DNA from: Atractiella rhizophila
Taxonomy: Eukaryota
DNA: 64,000 bases
Reading direction: 5' to 3'
Assembly (NCBI GenBank): GCA_021432655.1
Contig: MU271191.1
Coordinates: 1 to 64,000 of the forward strand
The notes beneath the pieces are model-generated. The model saw only the letters and a list, made by a program, of their open reading frames with translations. It was not told the origin of the DNA and ran no database searches. Shown in pieces: positions 1-14,200 of the stretch (within the stretch, counting starts at the first letter, position 1; each line of letters begins with the position of its first letter). A program made the position numbers and the translations under genes.

Positions 1-1269
1 ACAACACATTGTTTCAATGTCGGAATTGCTACCAGCTTGAAAATTTCATACTTCTAAGTTGGCCAGTCTACAGCGTGAGATAATGATATAAGATGTCACT
101 TTTTTTGCATGACATTCCGCCCACTTATGCTAATATCGCCTTTAAAAAACCAGGGTGTCCTTGTACACCGTCCCGCCTGCTGTGTAAGCGCTTGGGGCGG
201 TCTTTAGAGTGACATCTGATGGAAGAGAGAGGGAGGAAGGCAGGGAGTGCCGTCACTTATCCGTGCTCGTAGGAGCCGGAGATCCACATGGATTTCGTTC
301 GTAAGCGTCAATAGACCCGTTTTAGATCGTTAGCAAGCTTTGACAGGCAGAGAGAGAGGAAAGGGAGGTAGGTGAAGGGACGGTACTGGAGAGGAGCAGT
401 GGTCGGGATAGGAAGGCGCTAGAGCTCCGAAAACACTTGCAAAGAGTCTGGGAGCCTCTTTTATATCTCCGAGCAGTTTGAGAGGCTATCGACGGAGAAG
501 AGGGGAAGAGCGGTTGGTAGGAGGCTGGTAGGGTGAGGTGGACGGTTGTCGTGCTCGGTGGGTATATGATCTCCGCGTGTTCCGCCACCTGGAATGGACA
601 AAGAAGGTCCTATTGGGCATCCCCGAGGCTCCATGGAGCTCAATAGCGCGTATGTGACGAGATATGGACCTGCACAGATAGTTACGTGCAAGCTGAAAAA
701 CGGACGAGAACCCACAAAAAAAGCACGCAGGTCAATCTTTTGCTGAGACGATCCGGATTCGCCGCTTACTCCAAGGCCGTATCAGCTGTTGTGGTTGAAA
801 TATTTGCGTTTAAAATGGTCGGGTCGGATTTTTGCTCGTTTTGGATCGGCCTCTCTGAAATTGGTAATGACGTCGCGGTTCATATTACCGGTGTAGTGTA
901 CACAGTGATTTTTTTGAAGAGTGATTTAGGCGTGTACCAAAATACCTCTCGAACTAAATGCGATTGATTATTCAAAATGCAGAAGCCTTTCCGGCTATCC
1001 GATGCGGGACTCAGCAAATAAACCGTGTAAAGAACACAGCCCTGTAAGCAAAGTAAGGTTACTGCAGGACTGCAGCGTGATTTGGCAAAATCTCCTCAGG
1101 TGTCTTTCTCCTGGATCACGAACTCTCCCGCTATCCAGTCTGAAGACTCGATCGCTCACCTTTCGGTCAAACTTCAATTGATCGGAAAAGTGACAATCTG
1201 GCAAGATCACAGGCAGATCTAGAAGAGTTGGACGCTGGCCATCTGAATAGGGTCCATGTTTGTCCTTAC

Positions 1270-1545
1270 GAATGTTGTCTGAACCTAAACTCGTACTGCA
1301 ACTCATAAACCCATGCCTCCCATTTTTTCTGGACCCCGTCCCAGCTCCACCAGGTTGATAAAAATCGAGCTTCTTGTAACCCGCCTTGTTTCCAGGCCAC
1401 CTGTGCCTCTCTTTTCTCCCACTTTGATATTCTCTCCTTTTCCCATTGGCGCGACTTTTTTGATATCTAGGTATGAAACCTCTGTGACCTTGCTCCTGAT
1501 GGCATAGCATACGTATTATTGGAGTCACCAAAGCCGGACATGTCG
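1270..1545 (-). CDS. Possible terminal exons of an unidentified spliced gene
   Basis: Minus strand: a GTATGC...CTAG intron-like stretch is followed by a stop-free frame (ISKKSRQWEKERISKWEKREAQVAWKQGG...YELQYEFRFRQHS*). No homology recognised. Confidence 0.25.
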
Positions 1546-2487
1546 TGCGAAGACGATAAGAAGGAGTCGATGGAAGTTGTTATGACGGTGTCTGTGTCTG
1601 TCTTGCCAGGTACGCTTTTCCTTTTACTTGTTGGCAGTGTTAAGAGATCAGTGGAAAGGTAGTTTCTTTCATGGAAGGCTAGGAGCAGTCATCATATCCG
1701 GTTATAAATCATGTCTGCCTTGACCTCTTCTCTTCTCCAAATTCGTTCGGAACGATCTGCGGCCTGTTATCTATCCATCTCGGGCCCTTACACCTCTCCT
1801 TTCTTCATCCTTGAAATGCTGGGAAAGCGGGACTGAAGCGCGTTGATGCAGATAGATGAGGCATTAGATATGGGTGGTTTTAGGGAGAAAGTATTGGAAT
1901 CTTATCTCTTGACCATCGGGTGAGCATTACCTTGCTTGTCCGTCTAGTCCTTGTCAGTCGCTTGAGAGAATGTTGCGGTATCTTCGCCTTCATCTTTGAA
2001 CTGTGATTCAATAGGCTGTGGATTGTATGGTCCTTCCAGTTGAATGGACCCACGGTTGTCCTTTGGTTTCGCGGATGGAATGCAAGGCGGACGAACATCT
2101 GGAACATCACAACGCTGGCAATCATCTCAGAGATTGGAGTTGCTGCTTCCTCCCGCTCCCCTACATTCTCCCTGTCTGTGGCTTTCATTTCCACTACGGG
2201 AGAATGTAGCCTCGAAGAGCGGAAACGCGCACCATTCTCAACTTCCTAAACGAGGAGGTGGATGATAGTGATCGTTAGAGATGCTAGCGAAGGGATTAGA
2301 GATGGGAGATCTCGCCCAGCTTCACTCAATCTCGCCAGACTCGACGGACCCAGGACTGAATACAAGTGGACCCAGTTGATCGGGGTTATTTGGCGACCGG
2401 ACGCTAGCTGGCCCACGATTGATTGGCATGGGCAGGAGCTGCAGCTGGGCTTTCTGTTTTGCGATTTGTTGAGCATTAGTCTGAGAA

Positions 2488-3616
2488 GTGCTCAATCCGA
2501 GCAAGCTGAATATGGGAAACCCCCATGTCTATTGGTCTTCGGACCCATATCCAATGTCCTTCAATCCAGAAGGGACACAAGCAACAGACTTCTATGAGGT
2601 CCCACCACGCATCCAGCCGTATCAGCCTGCAACAGTGCCGCTTTCCAACTTGGAGGCTGGACCGTGGAGGAACACTTATAGCCACTCAGATCGACGTGCC
2701 ATTCCCCATGTTTCCTTGGATCGATCAGGGATTCGAGACTTTCAGGGACCCATGGCGGCCTATGTAACCTCCACCTCAAACGACTTCGGGTTTCCTTGGA
2801 CCTCTAACCCCTCATTTGCGCAGTTTCAAAACCATCAGGCTAACCATCCACCTTATGCTCCTCTCCTGGAGCCGGTCGCTGAATATCGTCGAGGACGTAG
2901 CTTAATTTATCCAACTTCCAACGCGCATGGCGTGCCTGCCGGTTTGTTCTGCGCCTTCCGTAGAGTATTTTAGAGACGTTCCGAGCAGATTTCTCGAACG
3001 CGAATGCGTGGTTTGCTCAACCGGTTCCCATGTCACCCACATTTAACTATGACCATGTGGTCAGGAATCCCAGCCCGTTCGAGACCATATCCAACTATTC
3101 TGGGAACGTGGGTATGTCTTTTTGTCACCATCTTGTTTGATGACTATCTTAACTCATTTTCTAGGAATGAACGCCGCGCCAGTCCCCAACGCAGCTGGTA
3201 CGGTTGCAGACGGGGAGTTGGGTTTGCAGCGCTGACTACTTTATAGGACATGAGAACATACTGGCAGGTTCAGAAGTGGAGTCTACCAACGTACATAGGA
3301 GAAACAGTACGCTGTCTTCCAGCTGATTTCATCATGCTTAAATGTGTGTCATTTAGCCGCTAACCCTCAGAAAACGCTCGAGATCACCCGGCTTGAACGA
3401 ACCTTCATCCTCTATTTCGAAAGAGAAGCAAAAAGGATTTGGACGAAAGAAGAACTACTGCAATGCGGACGCGATCTGGAAGAAGAATGCTTAGAAGGTC
3501 CTGTCACTTTCGGACCGAGCACTAGTCTAGCTTATGTCGAGGTTACTTTGGGTGGAAAGGTGTGCTTACCTTTCGCGACCAATCACCGAGAGCGAAACAG
3601 TGCGCTACATGTTTGA
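2488..3616 (+). CDS. Possible spliced gene of unknown function
   Basis: ORFs 2488..2973 (P/Q-rich) and 3344..3616, with GT..AG intron-like segments carrying CTAAC/TTAAC-like branch sites between them. CpG is retained, unlike in the neighbouring TEs. No domain recognised. Confidence 0.3.
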
Positions 3617-4415
3617 CTGCTTCGCTTTCTGACGTATGCAATAGATTTTCTACGGGGACAATTAAAATCAATCGGTAGAGCCTTCATCCCCTTTATCGTT
3701 TCTCAATCTAACTATAGCACCTGCTCGTAGGTGATTGTGCGCACAAGCCATCATTCAAATTTAATGACAAAAAGCCGTCGATTATCGTGTAAGGCCTTCC
3801 TCTATTTGCTAACTGCAAGTGTTGCTGCTTAAGAAGCGATGTAGGAATCATATCGCTAATAAAGAACGCTGCCCGCTGCACAAGAAATATCCCGACCTGA
3901 TTCAATTTGCAGAATGGTGTCGTGATCTCTGAAACAAACAACGAGATTTCCCTTCACGTCATTCATAGGTCACATTTGTCTACTCTGTCCTTCTCCGGTC
4001 CAATCGTCTCTGTATACTACCCATGTCTCCGAAGATCCTCATTTCTTGAGTTACAGCTGCTTACTGCCTTCATCGTTTACGTTCCGTGCCTTTCTTCGTT
4101 AACTAGTGACCCCGTCTGTATTGCATGCTGTTACTTTGATACTATGTCTTCGTTTCATCCACCTCCTCCTTCCACCTAGAGCATCCTCCATCCAAAAGCC
4201 AATGCCATTTCTTCTGCCTACTGCGATAAAGTACATGAAATTGTATACGTTCTCTTTACCAGTTGTAGACTCGCAGAGCAGTTGTGATTTTCTTTGAAGA
4301 AAGGACAGGCCACCGATAATCATCTCTCACAACATTCTCAATTGTTATACCTCAGTGCCCTGCCATGTGATATGATATGCAAGAAATGATTATTATGCAT
4401 TACGAGGCCTTAGTC

Positions 4416-4549
4416 CAGGATTCTGGAAATGGTAATGCCATTACTTTGTATGGGAAAGTATGGAAGAAGAAAGTACATTACATTACATTAAAAATGCATT
4501 ATATTACATTACATTACCACTACCTGTAATGGAAATGTGCCCAGTACTG
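4416..4549. repeat. Degenerate DNA-transposon end with CATTA subterminal repeats
   Basis: Clustered cattacattac/gtaatg motifs in both orientations, ending in ...cccagtactg (CAG-type terminus on the minus strand). No TSD found. Confidence 0.35.
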
Positions 4550-6351
4550 CTTGGGGTATGCCGATGATTCCGAGCAATTCAGAATTGAAGAACCCGTTTA
4601 AGCAGCAAATAGCGTCAAATGAGACCATCACGCCAGTCAGTCAAAGCGGACATGACACAGCTCTTGCAACTCTGAATGGTCCTTCAAATGGGTCAGACTG
4701 TCCTCATTCATTCATTCATATTCGGGGTGAGAAAGGAATAATGACGTTTGATGAAATTCAAGACATAGGCCTCTTGCCTCTGCAAGACCAACTTAGACCG
4801 TTTCTCCTTGACCACCCCCTTAATCCGACTTTGTTTCCAATCGCAAATTTTGACGTCTCCTTCGCCGTCCGCTTGTTTCACAATGGCTTTGTTCTCAAGT
4901 GAATTGGAACGCTCTAGGAAAAGCTTGAGCATCAGAACTGAGCTAGTCATCGTTAGACAGAACTGCGAAGAGACTTTGGAGTGCCTTGAGTGAGCTATTA
5001 GAGATCAATGGCTCCTGAGCATCCACTTCAGCTCTATACTTGAAGCACATTTTTTAGCGACGTTTCAGGTGACTGGACAAAACTGGTTGCCCGAGGGTTT
5101 TGTGAAGGCGGACAAAGGCTGCTCGCTCAAAATAGTTTTGCGCTTTAGTTTGGCGAAAATTTGCAGACAAAACTAGTCAATCAGTTTTAGACCAGTTCTT
5201 AACCCCGACACCGCCGACCCCTGAGGCAACGGGTCTGCTCTGCACCTGGCCAGGCTGGGATCACACCTCAACCCTAGGCCCCTGTCAAGTTCGGTTTGGG
5301 ATTTTGGACGATTTGTGACAATTCTGCCTTTAATAGGGAACAACTGGGAGGTGACGCAGGAGCCATGCGGCTGGCATAACACAGTGTCAAATGATGATGG
5401 GCTCAATCATAAAGATGAGATTTGGGACTGGATTTGGAGGGGAATTGGAGTTTTTGGGATTGTGGTGAGCGTGACTGGATATCAGATATATCAGAAGTGG
5501 TGACGCTGCCTTTTTTGCATCTATTCTTCTAAGATTCATCAGTTCTTGGAGTGAGTCACAAAATGCACTTTTGAGCCCTCATACCTCCCTCACCCGGCAC
5601 ATTGAAATGAAATGAAGTACACCATCTTACTGCATATGTTCGCCCCTTTCTGAAAGTGCAAGGAAATTTATTTTAAAGTCATGAAAAAAAGTGTTCCCTC
5701 CTGGATTTGAACCAGTGAAGAGGCCCACAAAGCTGATAATGCTGTGCGCAGCAAGCCCGCAAATTTCATGCTATGCCGGAAGCGCCGCCCACGATTTCTA
5801 CAGCGCATTTTGGGTTTTCTCAGGTTGTGTGCCAGAAGAACATTTGCCTACCATGTGGGGAAGAAAGTGAACACATGTGAGTTGGAATATACTCCCTTGC
5901 ATTATGTTCTCATGCCATCTTAGAATCATCATGCCCTGTCCTAAGAAAAAAAAATGGTGCAAACCAATGCATCCATGCTCAGCAACAAAGGCGGGAGGAG
6001 AGCCCATCAGATACACCTCAGGTTGCTCCACATCTCTCAGAAAGACGTCATACAGGATTGCCGCAGCGCTTCCAGGTTACACAACCGACACCACCTCAGC
6101 ATTTGACCCGTCAAATTCGTATGCAGCAACAGCCGGAGGATGAACCTCCTAGAGGACGCCGACGACAACGGCAGCCAGACCCTCCACCTTGCCGAGTTCC
6201 TTAAGGTATAAAAAGCCCATTGTAACTTCATTGTAATTCATTCCTTTCGACCCTTGGAATCAACACCACCTTTACGTGAAGAATTCAATGATGGTTCCTC
6301 TGATGGACAACAAGTGGGAGTATTTGAGAATATTGATCTGCTGATCAAACA

Positions 6352-6680
6352 GTGGTAGCTCCTCAGGATAGAAGACGAGATCAGCATCCTTTTCTCACAT
6401 TCAACTACTTACCAGACACAGTGGAGGCAATCCGAATTTCGGGCTGGAATGAATCCTTTTGCTCAGAATGTGGTGCCTTTCATTGGCTTGAGGAACGGAT
6501 AGCCTGGAGCTCTAAGTGGAATCCAAAGTTTTCTAACTGTTGTTCTCTGGGAAAGATTATTCTTCCTGCTTATGAAGAACCACCAGCCGAATTACATCAG
6601 CTATTAATCAACCCAGATACCCGAGAATCGAAGCAGTTTTGAGAGAATATCCAGTCCTATAATAATGCTCTTTCCTTTAA
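6352..6680 (+). mobile_element. Helitron Rep N-terminal fragment
   Basis: CSECGAFHWLEER...FSNCCSLGKIILPAYEEPPAELHQLL...F*ENIQSYNNALS matches the conserved Cys-rich N-terminal motif of Helitron RepHel proteins. In-frame TGA. Confidence 0.85.
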
Positions 6681-7282
6681 AGGTGGATCCAATAAATACC
6701 ATAATGTATCTCATAGCAACAGATGACCAGACGGAAACAATTAGATCTCACCGGAGGGAAAGAGCTTGCGAGTTGAAGGGATACAGCGCTCGATCATTGT
6801 CAACTAGGACGCCGACGCTGTTTTACCTCCCAGGATGTCCCTTCACTGCTAGTGACGAGGATAAGGCCACAAACACTGACAATAACATCCCCATGTTCTT
6901 GAAAAATTGGGTTGGCACTAGACGTAATATATCTGAGTCTCCATTATTAAAATCAGGAATGGTTGGTAGTATCACAGGATGACCGTTTTCAATCTAGTTG
7001 GTGCCAGGAAGAATACATCAGGATTGTCTCCTCAACATTAACCTTCTCACCATTGATGAAGTCATGAAACTGAGAAGCTCCTTGTCTTCCATCAAGACCC
7101 AGGCAGTCCCACAGATTTGTACTTTCCTTAAACTCTTGAACAATTGGCCTGCTTAAAGAAATAAACAAGCTATAAGAAGAATAGTAAGTTACATTTCCTT
7201 ATATAGGCCTTTGAACAATTATTGAGATTGTGCTGTCTATTCTGAGCTGTATTGTTTGGCCATGGGAGGGAGTGGGCATATC

Positions 7283-7315
7283 TGTTAGGGCTAACACTCT
7301 GTAAGGCTACCGAGC
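7283..7315 (-). repeat. Remnant of a Gypsy LTR 3' end
   Basis: tgttagggctaacactctgtaaggctac is near-identical to the LTR end at 53486 (tgttagggctgacactctgtaaagctat) and similar to the reverse complement of 60545..60559. Confidence 0.7.
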
Positions 7316-7356
7316 AGCCCCAAGTGTTTAATTTCGGAGAATAGACTACTCTGTGC

Positions 7357-8430
7357 CGGATTTCAAATGTCGACATACACACAGCTTCCCAATTCTGTGC
7401 TGCAAGACGTTTTCAGCTTGGATGAATCTGCACTATTGGATACAGAGGATTACGAGACCCTCAACTTGATGAACCTGATAGCATCAATTCAGGCTTTCTG
7501 CTTATCGATTCTCAAACCTCTCAACCATACACCAAATCTTCCCTCCATATTCGACAATTTCCTGTCATCCATCTACTCAAGTCCACATCCGACATCCACC
7601 AGACACCATCATCAATACATCTATCAGCTTCAACCCCCACCTACATTCAGATGATATCCTCAAGTTCTCCTAACTCTGCCTACAGTACCACATCCATCTC
7701 TCTGAACACTCCTATCAATACGTGTTACTTCTATCCTAAGCAGCCACTCACAGTTTTTCGCCAAGCAGATGGCAAACAAATCTGATTCACAACCAAGACA
7801 AATCCTGCTGTTCTCATCAGAGCTATCAGCACACTTGATGCTGTCTGCCAGCACTCCTCGTATCGCGAAGGAGAGCCATGAACATCTCTTTTACATGAGT
7901 GCAAGGGAGGTTAAGAAGCTGGGAATCAAGGCTGAAGCGAAAAAGAAGTCTGGTAGGAAAACGGAGTTAGTGATAACAGCTCGACTAATTAGTGGAGCAG
8001 GAGCTTGCCAACAGTTCCAGACAAAGGAGAAGGAAGTTGAGGAGAAGGCCACAGATGGCAAGAGAAGGAAAGAAGAGAGAGTGCAGAAGAAGGCAGCACA
8101 GGCAGCCAAAAAGCAGAGAAGGAGAACATGTGGAAAAACAAGCCTTTAGCCAAGCAAGGAGGGAGGAAGATTTCTTCAGTGGCTCCAGATGCCCGTGACA
8201 CACCCTCATTGCATCTGTCCCCATCCCGCCAAATATCAGTCCTTACATCACCATACACATCTGCTGCCTTTCCCTCGACCGCACAGGGAATTGAAAGTGC
8301 CGGAATTGAAAAGGAAGCTGGTTTGATACTGTACTGTCAATGCTGATTCGAGGAATGAGAACTGATTTGCCACTGTGTGCACCTGTAATGATGGTTGCTT
8401 CGATGACTCGCCGGAGAAGCTGAGTGACTA
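7357..8430 (+). mobile_element. pogo/Fot1-type transposase C-terminal fragment
   Basis: 7357..7800 is highly similar to 41400..41734 and to the reverse complement of 44544..44643. The former follows a NMDE-G-QLGGG pogo motif. A K/E-rich tail follows (ORF 7769..8149). Confidence 0.7.
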
Positions 8431-11240
8431 TGAGGCGTGTGCCATTGCACAGGCCAGCAGAATGGATTGAGATTTCGCAGAAGAATGATGGGTGCGTAAA
8501 CGATGTGAAGGGAATCCAGAGATCTCCAGGGTATTCAGGTACTCAACAGAGAAGCGATTCCTGAGATCTCCCTCGTCATCCATAATTTGATCTGCACTGT
8601 AATATACCCAATCTCCTGTGGATTCGAGCCACTGAATCAAGCGATCATTGATGCCATCCACATCCACATTCTTTGCTGCTAGAATCATGCAAACCCGGAA
8701 GTATTCTTGAAGGAAGCTCAGAGCAGGGATATTCCGTAGAGAATCTAGTTGTCTGTAAATTGAGCGCAACAGACCATCTAGTCCTTCGTGGGATGGAATA
8801 ATAGATCCATCTGGTATTGTTAAGGCTCCACATCCATTGTCTGAAGGATTATCAGTGAGACCATTTCCAACATCAAGAAGCCACTGGGCAAATCTGGTCG
8901 CATGCTGAAATTCGGCTGGAGTCATTTCCTGTTGGCCTCGAAGAAGGCGCATATTGGTTTTCAAAGCAGGACTTGAACATTCGGCCAGAAGTAAGAATTA
9001 ATGATGCAGGCATCCACAATCTGAGCTCAGCTTCCATTTGGCACTACCGGAAGACACTGTCTGCCATCTCCTGTGAACAGTATGTCGATAAAGAACTATT
9101 TAAAGGGAAGCATCATACCACTGAAAACCATAAGTGTTCCTCCAAATGGTCTTGATTCCTTTTTAAGGTCCTGTCCCAACCGATCCACACAGCTGACGGA
9201 GAGGCAATCAGTCATAATGGCTTCATCCCACAGGATAATTTCTGCCTCGACGTATAGCCTTGCATGATCACTTTGAGCGGAAATACCACAAACTGATTGC
9301 ACATCTGCATTGAGGGGAATCTTGAATCGCGTATGAGCAGTACGACCACATTCAAGCAGAATAGCAGCAATTTCAGAAGAGGCTACTGCTAGTGCAATCT
9401 TCTTGGATGATCTTACTCTTGCCAGTATAAGATTCTGAACAAAAGTCTTTCCAGTTCCTCCAGGCCCATCAAGAAAGAAGAGTCCTCCGGTGCCATTCTG
9501 CCAGGCTTCTATGATTGTATCGTATGTGTGTCGTTGATCCTCATTCATAAGAGGGAGATCCCTATCAAGATGTTGCTCTAACTCCGTAACATTGTATGCC
9601 AGCTCTTCTCCAATTATTCTTGTCTCTCCACCCCATTGTCCAAACCTGTGAGCAGGTAACAGCAACCTATACTCCTCTAGTGTCTTGCCTAGACCATGTA
9701 GCAAATCCTCTCGCTCAATAAGGCATAAGTCTCGGATCTGGTCTTCAGAAGGCGCAGCGATTCCATAAACTGTTTGCAGAAGATGTGCACAATCGTCATT
9801 GAGCTTGTCATAGTGTCTTTAAAACAGTTGTAATGGTTCGCTTGCAACTCCAAAGACCAAAATGTAGACAAAAAGAGAACGGATTGCTGATCCTCATGTG
9901 ATTGCGTTTGCATCCTCCAGACACAAATCCCATTCTTCGTCACTTTCCAGTAGACCTGATGCCACACAGGCTGCTTTAAATGTTTCGTAAACTTGACCAT
10001 CAATTGTACGAATATCCTCAAAAGATTTAGGACTTGGGATCTTGTGAAGAAGTAGTCGAAGATAAAAGAGCTCCCCTTGTGACGGCGCAATGTGAAATAT
10101 CCGACCAATAGCATCGCCTTTCTCACATATCTTCCAGCGCTTTGAATTACTCTGCCAGACCAAATGTCAAGGGGCTCGAGGATAGGTCCACAATCGGGAG
10201 ACCTGGGGAGAGTCATGGCAGAATTGGAAAAATTCGCTAAGCATTGTTTCTCCGACATTTCTTCGTGAAAGTATATCTTCAGGTTGACCATCATCTGCAT
10301 TAAAAATGACCATCTGTTGATTTGGAAGATGAATGCTCAGTCGAATCACAGTTGGAGAGTGATCATGGAAGCTTGAAGTGGAAAACCCTCAAGCATGTTA
10401 CAACTATACTTAATCCTTAACCTTTGAGGAATGGACTGAACAAACCATCTGAAGCACCCACATATCGTGCATCTAAATACTCTTTAATCTCATCCACCGG
10501 CTCTCTTGCTCCACTGAAATCTGATTCTATGACTAATTGTGCTCTTTTCGGCCCCTTGTATACATATTTGAATATATACTTGACTGAACGAATTGAGATA
10601 CAGATCTCAGTGTTGATGTGAGCCAGAAACTTCCTCAGGACTCAAGCGTTAAAGGCACTACCCATCGATTATCATATATAAACTCTTGGCCCCGTATCAT
10701 CTTGCGAAAAACCTGGCCGTCGTTACGCCGCCGATAGGTAGGGTAGCCATTATCGTTGATTCTCATTTCCCCAACAAAAGGCTTGGGATACCCTTTGCCA
10801 CACATCCCATTGACCATGCAAGGTGCATCATAGTACAGGGTCCTTGTCCAGATCAGGCAGCTCTGCTTGAATTCCTCGATCAATGGCTGCCTCGTCCCTG
10901 ATAAGATCTTCAGGATGAAGAATCAACAGGATGTGGGCATGTGGTAGACCTCTCTTCTGAAATTCAATGACCCAGACATATCTGTAACCCTTCCAAAGAT
11001 CTGTCGTACCACTAAATCCTTGATGTACTCCAGAGCCTTCAGTCAAAAAGCCCTTGAAACCAAATCTGGTCGATCCTCTGGTTTTTGCCCGGGTAGGAGG
11101 GCTTCTGTGATCTCTGCCCAGTGTGGGGTTGCAAGTGAAGGTTGTAAAGATATTCGGGGGTCCTTTGGCACCAACTATACTCATTGCATCCTGGAACAGC
11201 TGATTCATTTGAACATGGAGCGCCAGTGAAACTTGATGGT
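8430..11240 (-). mobile_element. Helitron RepHel pseudogene (HUH Rep + Pif1 helicase), truncated at both ends
   Basis: PSSFTG..MNQLFQDAM, FTTFTCNP, VIEFQKRGLPHAHILL (HUH motif), GYPTYRRR, DNRWVVP, ELFYLRLLL, FFLDGPGGTGKTF (Walker A), IILWDEA, FAQWLLDVGNG, ILAAKNVDVD. Multiple frameshifts. Confidence 0.95.
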
Positions 11241-14200
11241 GATGTATAATGTCGAGGTTTTTAGTGTGACGATGAAATTCGGGGTTGTGGGCTAAGGCGA
11301 TCGCTCCTTGATTGTCGCAGAAGAGAGCCGTTGGTTCGTTTTTCTGAAATCCTAAGTCTGCAAAGAGCTTTCATAGCCAAATTGCTTTGCGTGCGGCATG
11401 TGACAGGGCAACATATTCGGCCTTTGTTGTTGAGAGTGCCGTCGTCGTCTGTTTCTTCGCAGACCAAGATATCGCACCCCCTGAAAGTAAATAGACATAC
11501 CCAGAGATGGCTTTCCTCCCGTTTGCCTCACTTGAATTTCCATCTGCATCCGTAAATCCCACAACTTTGCTAATTCCTCCTCTTTCTCCTCCATAAGTGA
11601 GTGCGAAGTCCTTCGTCGTTTTGAGGTATTGGAAGACTCGTTTGACTGCTGTCCAGTGCGTTGAATTCGGGTTTGAGGAGAATTGGGAGAGGGTTTGAAC
11701 TGCAAATGCAATGTCGGGTTGTGTCGCAAGCGCAGCGTACATGAGTGAGCCAATCGCCGCTTGATACAGCTTCTGGGCTTCGACATTGACTTCTTCTTCG
11801 TTGGGAAGTAGCTTGGCATTGGTATCAAGCGGAGTGGGTACCGGTTTGGCGTCTTGCAAACGGTACTTCGCAAGCATCGATTCAATGTAGCTTGTCTACG
11901 ATAAGGCGATGGTTCCATTGGTTCGTATAATTTGTATTCCATGAAGTAGATTTCCTTCTCCTTGGTCTGTCACGTCAAAGACTTGCTGAATTGTCTTTTT
12001 GACTTCTGCAATCTCATCATCATCATCGCCAATAATGACAATGTCATCCACCCAAACTAGGAGGACAATTATTTGGTTTTCTTGTCTTCTAACATAGACA
12101 CAGTGGTCTGCGTTCGCCCTCGTGAATCCAAGCTCCGTCAGAGCTTTGTTAAGTCGTATATTCCATATTCTTCCGGCTTGCTTGAGCCCGTAAAGCCCTT
12201 TCACAAGCTTCAGGACCCTTCCTGAGCCATCATCGAATCCAGGAGGCTGTTTCATGTACAGCTCGAGCTCTTCCTCCAACTCTCCATTAAGATAAGCTCC
12301 GATGACATCCATAAGATGTATTTTCCATCCCCTAATTGCTGCGAGTGCGATAATAGCTCGCAAGGATTCTAACCGAGCCACAGGGGCAAAGGTCTGGTTG
12401 AAATCCTGCCCTGGGATCTGACCGAATCCCTGTGCTACTAGCCTCGCTTTGTAGCGCTTCACTCTCCCCTTTTCATCTTTCTTGCGACGAAATACCCACT
12501 TAGATCCTATTGCTTTTCTTCCCTCTGGTAAGTCCACCAGATCTTTTCTCCGAGTTCCATAATTTTTTAACTGATTGATTTCATCTTCCATCGCAGCCTC
12601 CCACTGCTTATGTTCCTCCGATTGCTTTGCTTCGTCGTAACTGGCAGGGTTGTCGTTCAACGCGATCGAGGTTGCAAAAGCAAATGTGAAGTTGGCGGCA
12701 TCGGTTGCCACTGTTTGCGCCTCGCTTGGTTGAGTTGGTGCTGTGGACAATGGAGACGTTGCTGGTTTGGCTCGAGGCTTTGGCCTTGCTTTCCCATAGT
12801 TCAAGGTATAGTAGTCTATTTCAGGTCTTGCTCTTTTTCCTAATCCTGATTCATAGGTTTCGCTTCTCGTTCTTGCTGCGTCTGCCGTTGGGATTTTGAC
12901 TTGTGTGGATGGTTCTTGGGTTGAGAGTGCTGGAGGTGGATCTGGGGCATTCGGGGAAGCTGGTATGTTGTCTCCTTAGATTTCTGTGATCATTGGAGTC
13001 GTTTCTATTGGGATTTCAATCTCTTTTCCATTTGAGTCTTTAAAGACATAGTTGCGAGAGACGAGGACCTTTCCATTTCGAGGATTGAAGTACCTTATTG
13101 CTTTGGGACCATCTTCATACCCAACAAAAACTACTTTGATTGATTTCAGATCTAACTTTGATCTTTCTAGCCTTTCATCCAACACCCATACATCCGCTCC
13201 AAACTCTTGCAGATGGTCAACTCCCGGCTTTTTCCACGTCCAGGCTTCGTGAGGTGTTTCCTCCTTGAGTGCTCACGTAAGGGAACGGCTCCTAAGGTAA
13301 GCCGCATGTTTCACTGCTTCAGCCCACAACTTTGGACTGAGATTCTTTGCTATTAGCATTGCGCGTGTGAGCTCGATCAACGTGTGGTTCATTCGTTCCG
13401 TAACGCCAAGTTGTTGGTACGAGTGCGGTGCAGTGAGTTCTAGCTTAATTCCTTTTTCTCTTTCTAACCAGTCCTTGACTTTTTCGTTTAGATATTCCGT
13501 TCCTCGATTGACGCGAATTCGTTTCGGAGTGCGTTCGTACTTGTGCTCGACGAGGTGGACATAGGCTTGAATGCGCGCGAGCGCTTGATCCTTCGAGGAC
13601 ATGAAGAGGACGGTTGTGCACTGCGTGCAATCGTCCGTGAACGAGATGTAGTATCGGGATCTGCCATTTGAGGGAATGCGAGAAGGTCCCCAGACATCCG
13701 AATAGGTGATTTCTCCCAGCGTTTCCAATCATGTTGACGCTTCCTGTGGGTAGGCTCCGTGTGTCTGTTTTGCTTGGATGCAAGCCTCACACTGCGAAGG
13801 TGAGCTGCTCTCATCCACTTCCTTTCCTTCCACTAACCCTTTTCTATGCAGCTCCTCCAAAGTCTTCGGGTTGATGTGGCCGAACACGTGGTGCCACTTG
13901 TCCCAAGTTCGCGCATGTCTCCCTTCTGCCGTCATCGCTTTCTCACCCCATCTTTCAATGGTCTCTAGTAAGTAGAGATTCCCTCTCTTCTTTCCTTCTC
14001 CCAGCAACTGATCACTCTTGTTGAACAGCCGCACCTTACCTCCGCCAAAGACGCCCTTGCCACCAGCGTTGTCAAGTCGACTGATGGAGAGGAGGCTGTT
14101 GGGGGCTGGTACAAGGTTTCTTTCAGCACCATAACAGCAGTCTGATCGCCTGCTTTGACAGGCGGTTCATACGTTCCACGCATAGTCGCTTCGATGGGGG

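Noticed and set aside
183..686. Possible solo LTR (tgtaag start, minus-strand TATAAAAG near 460, purine-rich tract)
   Set aside because: No clean CA end, no convincing TSD (tgctg versus tgcaa) and no second copy in the window.
6680..7170. Protein-like minus-strand frame (ILPTIPDFNNG...LVDNDRALYPFN)
   Set aside because: Contains stops and I cannot assign a family without a search.
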